The position numbers were made by a program, and so were the translations under genes. Source: Spirochaetaceae bacterium (GTDB lineage Bacteria; Spirochaetota; Spirochaetia; DSM-2461). Taken from it: a stretch of 64,000 nucleotides of DNA. Below, one piece after another: positions 9,865 through 18,375 of the stretch. The stretch is from positions 2,912,001-2,976,000 of the forward strand of contig OZ245056.1 in NCBI GenBank assembly GCA_965224705.1. Reading direction: 5' to 3'. Below the pieces are notes generated by a model. The model did no database searches and was not told the DNA's origin. It saw only the letters and a program-made list of their open reading frames with translations. Each line of letters starts with the position of its first letter. Within the stretch, counting starts at the first letter, position 1.

Positions 9865-9928
9865 ATATCAGCTTTTAGTGTAACCTCACCGGGGTCGGAG
9901 GTCAACAGGTATTGTGGATAAAAGAATC
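9865..9928 (-). pseudogene. RHS-core fragment (SDPGEVTLKADI), cut by an IS256 end
   Basis: Similar to about 6120-6180 and 2070-2130. Confidence 0.75.
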
Positions 9929-10140
9929 GAGATATAATCAAAAGTTGTGGATAGGATGGGGGAAAAAGGGCAAATCCTCTTGTAGAATAAATGCTAATCA
10001 ACCAATACAAGAAGCAGATGCCTATGGGTAAAGAGACTATCACAGAAATGACTTCCCATGAAGAGTGCGAAAGCTGGTCCATATTGAAAAAGGTTCTACG
10101 GGGAGGTGCACGGAGAATGTTGAAACAGGCGCTGGAGGAA
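9929..10140 (+). mobile_element. IS256-family left-end remnant
   Basis: gagatataatcaaaagttgtggataggat is identical to the left end at 57857; MGKETITE...GARRMLKQALE is homologous to the transposase N-terminus. Confidence 0.85.
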
Positions 10141-10367
10141 GAACTTGCCCTCTCAAAAAGTGGGGGTTGATGCCTCTTCTGAACCCTGAAAAGTGTTACC
10201 TATGTCCTGAACCCGTACCGAGCAGTTTATTCATCATGCCCTCCTAAATGACGAAAACATCTCCGTGAATAGAATTACCTGATTGCCTGGGTTAAATCCA
10301 GGACATCGGGGAAAAAGGGGGGGGTGGCAGGGACATATCTGAGACAGATGGCGGGCCTGGTTCTTCC

Positions 10368-10766
10368 CTACTTGATGAAACTTGTGTAAACCTGTAGCGC
10401 GGCGAGCAAGGCGAATCCAAGCATAATCATCCATTTCATGAACCCCACCTGATCTTTGAGCCCTTTGAATTGCTCTTTGAGTCCATCAAATTGCTCTTTG
10501 AGTCCATCAAATTGCTCTTTGAGCCCATTAAATTGCTCCTTGAGCCCGTTAAATTGTTCTTTGAAAGCATTGAATTCGGTTTTGGTAACCATCTGCTCGT
10601 CCAGATGGGCGATGTGGTTGTACTGGGATTTGAGCATCAATGGAATGGCGTTTTCCATAGACAGTTTACCCTCATCCGCTATTTGCTGCCTGGCCTTTTC
10701 TGTCGATTTGGTTAAGAATGCCGATATTAATTCATCTTCAAATGACTGTTTTTTATCTTCAGACAC
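10368..10766 (-). CDS. Coiled-coil protein with heptad tandem repeats and a C-terminal membrane anchor (Bdr/DUF1640-like architecture)
   Basis: Five KEQF[NDK]GL units; hydrophobic C-terminus; probable GTG start. Confidence 0.7.
   Translation of the reverse strand: MSEDKKQSFEDELISAFLTKSTEKARQQIADEGKLSMENAIPLMLKSQYNHIAHLDEQMVTKTEFNAFKEQFNGLKEQFNGLKEQFDGLKEQFDGLKEQFKGLKDQVGFMKWMIMLGFALLAALQVYTSFIK
10452..10563. repeat. 21-bp tandem repeat, about 5 copies
   Basis: tctttgagtccatcaaattgc-like units. Confidence 0.9.
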
Positions 10767-10890
10767 TGGCCCGCCCCCTCGGATGCTAACCATTAAATCG
10801 TATTGCTGAAAACCCGTCAAGGCTTGATAAAAGAGTATTTTCGGCTCTAAATACCAGTATAATGAATCAAAACTGCATTACAAGTGAACC

Positions 10891-11238
10891 AGGAGGAATT
10901 CTATGAATTCTGACGAACATTGAGACATCTTTACAGATGTCACAATCAGACGACTACAAGGCGAGCGATATTAAAAACTTACGTAGTGTCAGCAAGCTTG
11001 TTAAATCTTTATTATTCTCAATTATTACAAGGTTTTAAGCCATTAACAGAGTTGCATTGAAGATGCATTTTTCTGGTTTAACAAGCTTTCTGACACTCCA
11101 TATTTCTTAAATATATGAGCAAAACACCTCTGCAACAGAGGGAAAGGGGATGCCTCCAGAGGGTTGACCGATTTGGGAAAACGTGCAATCTCTATCATGC
11201 AAGAAAAGAAAATGATATTAAATACTTCTCATTTAATG
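10891..11238 (+). pseudogene. Shattered upstream copy of the dipeptidase gene
   Basis: 10903-10982 resembles 11241-11325 (with a TGA); about 11128-11238 resembles 11641-11754. Confidence 0.8.
10985..11097. mobile_element. 113-bp MITE-like element
   Basis: 21-bp terminal inverted repeats agtgtcagcaagcttgttaaa / tttaacaagctttctgacact (1 mismatch). Confidence 0.7.
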
Positions 11239-11240
11239 CC

Positions 11241-12215
11241 ATGAATTTTGACGGACATTGCGACATCTTTACGGATGTCACCATCAGACGACTACAGGGC
11301 GAGCGTCAGATATTAAAAACTTATCATTTAGATCGTCTGCGCAAAGGAGATTTTGCTGGAGGCTGTTTTGTATTTTGGATTGATCCTCCCTATACAGAAA
11401 ATCCAGCGAACCGCTTGAAACAACTCCTTACCTGCGCAAGAGAGGAACTAAATGAATGTGAGGATGTTGTTGCGGTACGCTCCCCTTCGGAAATCGAAAA
11501 AGCCAAAGAAGATGGTAAGTTTTATATTCTTTTAGGTATGGAAGGTCTTTCTGGATTGGGCAGTGATCCAGACTTTTTGTATTCCTTATATGACGATCAT
11601 CATGTTCGTCACACTATGTTGACATGGAATGAGCAAAATGCCTTTGCAACAGGGGTAAAAGGAGATGCCTCCAGGGGGTTGACCGATTTGGGAAAGCGTG
11701 CAATTTCCATCATACAAGAAAAGAAAATGATACTGGATATTTCTCATTTAAATGAAAAATCCTTCTGGGATGTAGTGAACTATTCAACGACCCCACTGGT
11801 TGCCTCTCATTCTAATGCACGAGCGTTGGCATCTACTCCAAGAAATCTAACAGATGATCAACTTTTTGTAATTCGTGATACAGAAGGATTGGTTGGTCTC
11901 AACTCCTTCAATCAATTTGTACACGATGACATCAAGGAACAAACCATTGATAGTTTTATCCGGCATGCAACATATATTGCAGAGAAAATAGGTGTAGAAT
12001 ATCTTGCCTTTGGATTTGATTTCTGTGAATTTCTTTTTGATCAATCTATGGCTGGCTTCAGTAATAAAAGAGAGCCATTTCTCACTGGACTAGAAGATTG
12101 TACAAAAACTCCTGTTTTCTTAAAAGAGATGAGAAAAGCAGGATTTACAGAAAAAGAATTGCAACTGGTTGCAGAAGAAAACTGGTTGCGCATCATCCAG
12201 ACGGTATCGGGTTAA
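11241..12215 (+). CDS. Membrane dipeptidase, peptidase family M19
   Basis: DGHCD, GMEG, LTWN, DISH, ASHSN and GFDF motifs. Confidence 0.9.
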   Translation: MNFDGHCDIFTDVTIRRLQGERQILKTYHLDRLRKGDFAGGCFVFWIDPPYTENPANRLKQLLTCAREELNECEDVVAVRSPSEIEKAKEDGKFYILLGMEGLSGLGSDPDFLYSLYDDHHVRHTMLTWNEQNAFATGVKGDASRGLTDLGKRAISIIQEKKMILDISHLNEKSFWDVVNYSTTPLVASHSNARALASTPRNLTDDQLFVIRDTEGLVGLNSFNQFVHDDIKEQTIDSFIRHATYIAEKIGVEYLAFGFDFCEFLFDQSMAGFSNKREPFLTGLEDCTKTPVFLKEMRKAGFTEKELQLVAEENWLRIIQTVSG

Positions 12216-12277
12216 GCCTCATAGCTGAAATCTACTCGAACGCCCTTTGAAGTAAGAGGTCGAGTTATAAGATTGAC

Positions 12278-12420
12278 ATGAAAACCAGACGGGAATTAAC
12301 AAGAGATGAGGCTGTACAGTATAGAAAAGCCTCACGAAAGGAATGTGATTCTGACTCATTTTGTACGGATAACCAACTATAATCGCTCTTATGCCGCGAC
12401 TCTTCTTCGCAGATATGACA
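12278..12420 (+). mobile_element. Transposase N-terminal remnant
   Basis: MKTRRELT...YRKAS / IL..FV..T.YNRSYA..LL, frameshifted. Confidence 0.55.
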
Positions 12421-12559
12421 CGAGAGTAAGAAAGGCTCCCGCTGCGCGACTACTGGAGAGTCCCTCTGTTGGAGAGGGTATAAAGCGGTCATCAGGGAGC
12501 AGCGTGAAAGAATCGACCCGGTTGCTCTGGCTCTGGAAGCAGCAAATCTTCAGAAGAAG

Positions 12560-13588
12560 CTAATCAGCCAGAACGCATATCTGATTCCTGGGAAAATTAA
12601 TCCCCATGGTATCCCCATGGCCCATGGCCAGATTATCACCCGTATTGACGACAATCACACCCAGTTCGGTTTCCAGTTCGTACTGGTAGGTCTCCCCAAG
12701 GTAGGTCCGCACCCTTACCGTTCCCTCAAGGAGGGCCTGCCCTTCCTTATCAACGGCAATATTCTGAGGCCTGATGGCTATCTTCCTGGCATTCTCCACG
12801 TCTTCAGCCTCAATCTCGCTGCCGTTGCTGAGCCTGTATCGGCCGGGCCCGACCCTTGTGACATCGAGGAGATTCTTGAAGCCCACAAAATCGGCCACAA
12901 AGATGGACCTGGGGTTGCTGTAGATCAGTTCGGGGGTGTCGTACTGCTCAATCTTGCCCTGATTCATGATGGCCACCTTGTCGGAGATGGAGAAGCATTC
13001 CTCCTGATCGTGGGTAATGAGGATGGTGGTAATGCCGAATTGCTGCTGCATGCGCTTAATCTGGGACCTCATCTCAATACGGAGCTTGGCATCGAGATTG
13101 GAGAGGGGTTCGTCCAGGAGGAGCAGCTTAGGAGAGATAACCAGAGCCCGGGCCAAAGCGACCCTCTGCCTCTGACCACCGCTCAGGTTCTCAGGTTTTC
13201 TATCCCTCAGAGGAAGAAGGTCGACTGTCTGGAGCATATCCAGAACCTTCTTCTCAATCTCTTTCCGGGGAACCTTCCTCAGCTTCAGCCCGTAGGCCAC
13301 GTTCTCGAAGACCGTCATATTGGGGAAGAGGGCGTAGGACTGGAACACAATACCGAAATTGCGCTTATTGATGGGAACCCTGGAAAAGTCCTCGCTGTTG
13401 ATGAGAATCTGACCCTCATGGGCCTTTAGAAAACCCGCCACGGCCTTCAGGGTCGTGGTCTTTCCGCAGCCCGAGGGGCCCAGAATGGAAACCAGCTTTC
13501 CCTCCTCAATCTCCAGATTGTAGTCTTCCAGTATATTGGTCTTCCCGTCATAGGAGACCTTAAGGTCTATAAGTTCTAATCGTGCCAT
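12560..13588 (-). CDS. ABC transporter ATP-binding protein, PotA-like
   Basis: GPSGCGKT, LSGGQRQR, LLLDEP and a TOBE-like tail. Confidence 0.95.
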   Translation of the reverse strand: MARLELIDLKVSYDGKTNILEDYNLEIEEGKLVSILGPSGCGKTTTLKAVAGFLKAHEGQILINSEDFSRVPINKRNFGIVFQSYALFPNMTVFENVAYGLKLRKVPRKEIEKKVLDMLQTVDLLPLRDRKPENLSGGQRQRVALARALVISPKLLLLDEPLSNLDAKLRIEMRSQIKRMQQQFGITTILITHDQEECFSISDKVAIMNQGKIEQYDTPELIYSNPRSIFVADFVGFKNLLDVTRVGPGRYRLSNGSEIEAEDVENARKIAIRPQNIAVDKEGQALLEGTVRVRTYLGETYQYELETELGVIVVNTGDNLAMGHGDTMGINFPRNQICVLAD

Positions 13589-13590
13589 CT

Positions 13591-14385
13591 TTACCTTCCG
13601 TAATTACTCAGGCCCAGAGTCTTTTCTATTAAAAATGTTATGCCTATTGTCAAAAACAGCAGTAAAACAGACACCGCCGCCACCGCGGGATTACCATACT
13701 TCTCCACATCCTGCATCATGATAATGGGCAGGGGGGTGGCCCCTCTTCCATAGAGGAAGATGGATATGGGAATATTGTTGAACGATGTGATGAAGGAGAG
13801 TACCGAAGCCGATACTATGGCCGGTGTAATACTGGGCAGCAGTATCTGCAGCACAAAGTCCCTCTTCGACGCCCCCAGGCTCGTCGCGGCATCCTCTACG
13901 ATAAAGTCAAACTTATCGAAGGCCCCGCCCAGTACCCTGATGGTATAGGGGAAGAGAATAATAATGTGGGCCAGCATGAGAACCAGCAGCTTGGGCAGCT
14001 TCGTATCAAACTCCTTTGCTATGAAGACCCACCCCAGAAAGAGGGAGTAACTCAGGACAATTCCGGGAATAAGCACGGGCGAGAAGAACACATTCTTGAT
14101 GGCCCTGGTGAATCTGTCATCGTACTTAGCCAGACCATAGGCCGCGGGTACTCCGAAGCACAGGGATATCAGGGTGGCCAGGATTCCTACCTGGAAACTT
14201 ATGATAAACCCCGATATATAGCTGCTGCTGAAGGCGGCACTGTACCACTTCATGGAAAAGCCCTCTATGGGGAAGGTGAGGATGTCATTGCTGTTGAATG
14301 AGGCCGCCACCGTGATAAAGAGGGGATAGATGAGATAGAAAAATACAAGACAGACGAAGATGGTCAGAATTTTACTTTTTTTCAT
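13591..14385 (-). CDS. ABC permease, PotC-like
   Basis: EDAATSLGA EAA loop; multiple TM segments. Confidence 0.9.
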   Translation of the reverse strand: MKKSKILTIFVCLVFFYLIYPLFITVAASFNSNDILTFPIEGFSMKWYSAAFSSSYISGFIISFQVGILATLISLCFGVPAAYGLAKYDDRFTRAIKNVFFSPVLIPGIVLSYSLFLGWVFIAKEFDTKLPKLLVLMLAHIIILFPYTIRVLGGAFDKFDFIVEDAATSLGASKRDFVLQILLPSITPAIVSASVLSFITSFNNIPISIFLYGRGATPLPIIMMQDVEKYGNPAVAAVSVLLLFLTIGITFLIEKTLGLSNYGR

Positions 14386-15235
14386 TATACCTCCCGTTCT
14401 TATTAGCTCCCGTTCTTGAGACACCGCCGGCCAGGTCGGCAGCCTTGTTAATCACAGTAATCACCATAACGGTCAGCACAAAGAGGAAGATGGAAATAGA
14501 GGAGACCAGCTCCCATTTTCCCAGAGTGCTGCCGTACTGCTGCACCAGAGTCGCCAGGACCACCGTGCGAGTGCCCCCCAGAATGTTGGGGGTGGTGTAG
14601 GCCGTCAGGGTCGCCGTGAAGACCAGGACCATGCCCACTATAATCCCGCTTACCGAGTTGGGGATAATAACGGTGAAGAAGGTCTTCAGCCGGGAAGCCC
14701 CCAGGCTAATAGAGGCATTCTCAACCTCCTCGGAGATATTATCCATCACACCAATCAGGGAGACGATCATCAGAGGCAGAAAGATATAGGTGGAACCTAT
14801 AATGACGGCCGCCCTGGAGTACATGAAACTGATGGGCTCGCTCAAAAGGCCCACATTGTTCAGGAACCGGCTCAGGACACCGTCATGGCCCAGGATAATC
14901 ATCCAGGAGATACTCCGCACCACGGCGTTGGTCAGAAGGGGAAAGAGAACCAGCAGGAGGTAGACATTCTTCATCCTTCCCCTGGTTCTTGAAATAAAGT
15001 AGGCCGTAGGCAATCCGATAAGCAGGGTGGCAAAAACCACGTAGAATGAGATCGTAAAGGTATTCCTGATGGCCTTGTGAAAGGTCGTATCCCTGAAGAG
15101 CTTCATATAATTCGCCAGGCTCAGGGAGCCCTCAACCATAAGCGATTTCTGGGCCAGCATAATAAGGGGCATAACGACCAGAACGGCAATCAGACACAAA
15201 CTGGGTATAAAAATTATCCCCTTTTCCTTATTCAT
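14372..15235 (-). CDS. ABC permease, PotB-like
   Basis: ENASISLGA loop; LLTNAVVR; P.ILGG. Confidence 0.9.
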   Translation of the reverse strand: MNKEKGIIFIPSLCLIAVLVVMPLIMLAQKSLMVEGSLSLANYMKLFRDTTFHKAIRNTFTISFYVVFATLLIGLPTAYFISRTRGRMKNVYLLLVLFPLLTNAVVRSISWMIILGHDGVLSRFLNNVGLLSEPISFMYSRAAVIIGSTYIFLPLMIVSLIGVMDNISEEVENASISLGASRLKTFFTVIIPNSVSGIIVGMVLVFTATLTAYTTPNILGGTRTVVLATLVQQYGSTLGKWELVSSISIFLFVLTVMVITVINKAADLAGGVSRTGANKNGRYNEKK

Positions 15236-16583
15236 CTTCTCCTTCTTTATTCACCCGTTCCATGAGCTCCTGAGATTCGGACTTCACGGCCTCGTAGGCC
15301 CGCCCGAACTTCTCCATAACCTCACTCTCGGTGGTACTCACCAAGCTTGAATCCCTCACCACAAGAGTGCCGTTAACCAGGACATGCTCAACATTACGGG
15401 GTTCCATGGCGTAGACAATGGCCGCGTAGTAGTCGTAAAGGGGCAGCATGTTGATGGTGTTGGGATTTATAATGACCAGATCGGCCTTCTTGCCCACCTC
15501 AACGCTGCCCACCAGATGGTCGATGTTCAGGGCCTTCGCCCCGCCCATAGTGGCCATCCTTACTATGTCCTTCGCCGGAAAGAGGGAGCGGTCTTTGTAG
15601 CGGACCTTCTGCATCTTTGGGGTCATGTTCATGACGCTCATCATGTCCATATGGTTCCCGCTCATGGGTCCATCGGTGGCCAGGCTGACATTGACCCCCG
15701 CCCGGACATAGTCACGAACCGGGGCTATGGCACGGCCGCTCTTGCTGTTACCCGCGGGGCAGTGGGAAATGGAAGCAGCATTGCGGGCCATAATCTCTAT
15801 GTCCTCATCATCCACCAGGATACCGTGGGCACCCACAAAGCGCTTGCCGAGTACCCCTATGTTCTCCAGGTACTTTGCCACCGAACCGTGGTTCTTAAGG
15901 AAGGGCTCGGCCTCCCACAGCTGCTCCGCCATGTGGATAAGAAGGGGTACCCTGTGGCTGTCCGACAGCTCACGGCACCGCTTCAGCAGTCCCTCGGAAG
16001 CCATATAGACCGAATGGGGCGCCAGGGCCCCGCAGATGAGGGGGTGAGCTTTGTAAGCCCCCATAAACTCCTCAAAAAGGGCAAAGCCGTGGTCGGCATC
16101 CCGCTGCTCACCGCTCCTCAGATCTGTAATCCCCTGACCGATAAAGGCCCGGATTCCAAGCTCTGAAGAAGCCTGGGCCGTGGCCCTGGTAAAGGTATAC
16201 ATGTCGGCATAGCAGGTCGTCCCGCTCAGGAGCATCTCCGACAGGCTCAGCAGAGAAGAGCCGTAGACGATATCTCCATTGAGGCAGTTGTTCTCCAGGG
16301 GAAGGAGCAGCCGGATCAGGCGGTCCTTCATGTCATCGCCCAGGCCCCGGAACACCGTCATGGGCACATGGGTGTGGGTGTTAATAAACCCCGGAAGCAA
16401 TAGCCGGCCCGTACCGTCTATCACCAGGTCGTAAGCCTCAGATATATCGTGGCTGCCGCCCGTCTCAATATCAAAAAAAATGCGACATATCTCATCATTT
16501 TCGATAGAGATATTCGCATTTTCCAGGATATCAAGATCATCGTTAACCGTAATAACGGTAATGTTCTTGATTAGGGTTTTCAC
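15228..16583 (-). CDS. Metal-dependent amidohydrolase (MTA/SAH deaminase, Atz/Trz family)
   Basis: PGFINTHTH, APHS, HMAE, ATDG and GKKADLV motifs. Confidence 0.9.
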   Translation of the reverse strand: MKTLIKNITVITVNDDLDILENANISIENDEICRIFFDIETGGSHDISEAYDLVIDGTGRLLLPGFINTHTHVPMTVFRGLGDDMKDRLIRLLLPLENNCLNGDIVYGSSLLSLSEMLLSGTTCYADMYTFTRATAQASSELGIRAFIGQGITDLRSGEQRDADHGFALFEEFMGAYKAHPLICGALAPHSVYMASEGLLKRCRELSDSHRVPLLIHMAEQLWEAEPFLKNHGSVAKYLENIGVLGKRFVGAHGILVDDEDIEIMARNAASISHCPAGNSKSGRAIAPVRDYVRAGVNVSLATDGPMSGNHMDMMSVMNMTPKMQKVRYKDRSLFPAKDIVRMATMGGAKALNIDHLVGSVEVGKKADLVIINPNTINMLPLYDYYAAIVYAMEPRNVEHVLVNGTLVVRDSSLVSTTESEVMEKFGRAYEAVKSESQELMERVNKEGEDE

Positions 16584-17575
16584 TATTTTGTAAACAGTTC
16601 ATTCCATTTGGCAATCCAGGCCGCCCTGTTCTGATTAACCAGATAGATGTCGGTCAGGATGGCATTGGGGAAGGCAGCCAGGTTGGTCTTGGCATTCTCC
16701 TGATCCCCCTCAAAGGCGACCTTCTTATTGACAGGTGAATCGATACCGCGGTCGAGAGACTCATTCTGTACCGCCTCAGAGAGGAGGAAGTCAATGAACT
16801 TCATGGCCAGGTCCTTGTTCCTGGTGCCCTTAACAATGTTCACCGTGTTCCCGTTCAACAGAACCCTGTCCAAATCGCCCCAGGTCAGGTCGGGGGTGTA
16901 ACCGAAGTCAGCCAGCAGGGCGTAGTCGAATTCACCATTGATGACGGCCTTTCTTGTGCTGAAGGTACTGGTGTAAGCATCAACCTTGCCCCTGGCGGCC
17001 CAGTCTTCGATGACAGCAATGTTGGCAGCCGCGTCACCCTGAACCTCACCGACACCATAGAGAACCATGGGGCCGTATGTTGCCGTCATGTGGGGAATGG
17101 CAACCTTGCTGGTGGTATCGGCAAAAATCTCTTCCCAGGTGGCGGGAATCTTATCGGAGTTACCGGCCACTCTCAGTCTGTTCACGGTATAGCAGGTACC
17201 GTAGTCAGCGCCATTGGGGTTCTTCGCCAATTCATAGAGGCTATCAAAGTTTTTCAGCCTGGACTTGTCCATTTTTTCAAACAGACCAGCCTCAATCGCC
17301 TTCTGCGCCGTAGCCTGGGTAGCCAGAAAAACATCAATCTCTGTAATATCAATCTCGTTGACCAGCTTGGTAAAGCGGTCTCCGTCCCGTCCCAGATCCA
17401 GCTCGATCTTGACGTTGTGTGCCTCTTCAAAGGGGGTAAACACGAACTCTGTAAAGGCGTCAATGTCGAAGTCCCAGGTAGATACAACCATGGTTGTGGG
17501 GCCTTCTTCCTTTACCCCGTTGGCAAATGCTGCAAATGCACACATGGTTAACAGCAATACTGTTAGTTTCCTCAT
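16583..17575 (-). CDS. ABC substrate-binding protein, PotD/F-like
   Basis: Signal peptide; PFEEAHNVKI; A.KFIDFLLS..VQ; first gene of the operon. Confidence 0.85.
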   Translation of the reverse strand: MRKLTVLLLTMCAFAAFANGVKEEGPTTMVVSTWDFDIDAFTEFVFTPFEEAHNVKIELDLGRDGDRFTKLVNEIDITEIDVFLATQATAQKAIEAGLFEKMDKSRLKNFDSLYELAKNPNGADYGTCYTVNRLRVAGNSDKIPATWEEIFADTTSKVAIPHMTATYGPMVLYGVGEVQGDAAANIAVIEDWAARGKVDAYTSTFSTRKAVINGEFDYALLADFGYTPDLTWGDLDRVLLNGNTVNIVKGTRNKDLAMKFIDFLLSEAVQNESLDRGIDSPVNKKVAFEGDQENAKTNLAAFPNAILTDIYLVNQNRAAWIAKWNELFTK

Positions 17576-17827
17576 CGCTTTCTCTCCTTGCCCCCTTAGA
17601 AAGGGGTCTTCAGCAATTATTTAATAAATCGGGATTAAAAACAATCTGTAATCTGCATATTTTAGAAATTCCCCAACCGCCTCCGACATTCCCCTACTCC
17701 AGCAGAGATGCATCCTCTTCTCCCAAAGCATAAAAGGTGGACCGAGTTGTCCCGACAAGGAGACACAGGAGTTTTCAATGAATTCAATGACCGGCTTAAA
17801 ACGGTCCCTGCTTCAACCGATATCCGC

Positions 17828-18240
17828 TTAAGTTAGATCAACACCGTATGCCTCAGGACCTTTTCCCAGAATATTGATTGAAGATTCTTCATCCAGATCA
17901 CTGCAAACGGCAAAAAAGCTCTCATCTCTTCGACCTTCAGCCCGTTTGCCATAGTGCTCATCAACTCTACGGCTTTTTACGATGAAATGAGCCCCCAATC
18001 CGTTAACGATCTTCTCAAAGATCCCCTGATTAAAGTACAATGAATCCATCAGAAACAGTTCAGGAGAGCTTTTCTGTAGGATTTGGGGGATCTGGTCGAG
18101 AATCTTGTGAGAAGCAGCGAGTTCCTTGCCTCTCTTAAGGTAAGGTTCGACCAGAATGGGAAGGTTGATTTTGTCGGCAAGACTTAAGAACACTCACCCA
18201 ATGTCCTCCCATAAAAGAGCCGTCGATGATGCCAGAGCAA
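17828..18240 (-). mobile_element. Probable DDE transposase remnant
   Basis: KELAAS...LMDSLY...HFIVK resembles the IS4-superfamily catalytic region; fragmentary. Confidence 0.4.
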
Positions 18241-18375
18241 CGGCTCCTGCCCTTTTGTGTGAGCTTGATTTTCAAGGCATCATACTCTTCAAAGAGATAG
18301 GGTGGATGATTTTTTTTAGCCTGGGGAATTTCTGTTTCCTATGCCTTTTGTTTGAGCCATGCTACACTCAACACC

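Noticed and set aside
1..9928. Diversity-generating retroelement behind the repeated segments
   Set aside because: No reverse transcriptase is present, and differences between copies are not adenine-specific.
10452..10563. Possible CRISPR array
   Set aside because: The 21-bp units are contiguous, have no spacers, encode in-frame heptads, and no cas genes are present.
12617..16166. Long antisense ORFs (12617-13429, 15384-16166) and similar ones elsewhere
   Set aside because: These are shadows of well-supported genes on the opposite strand in GC-rich DNA.
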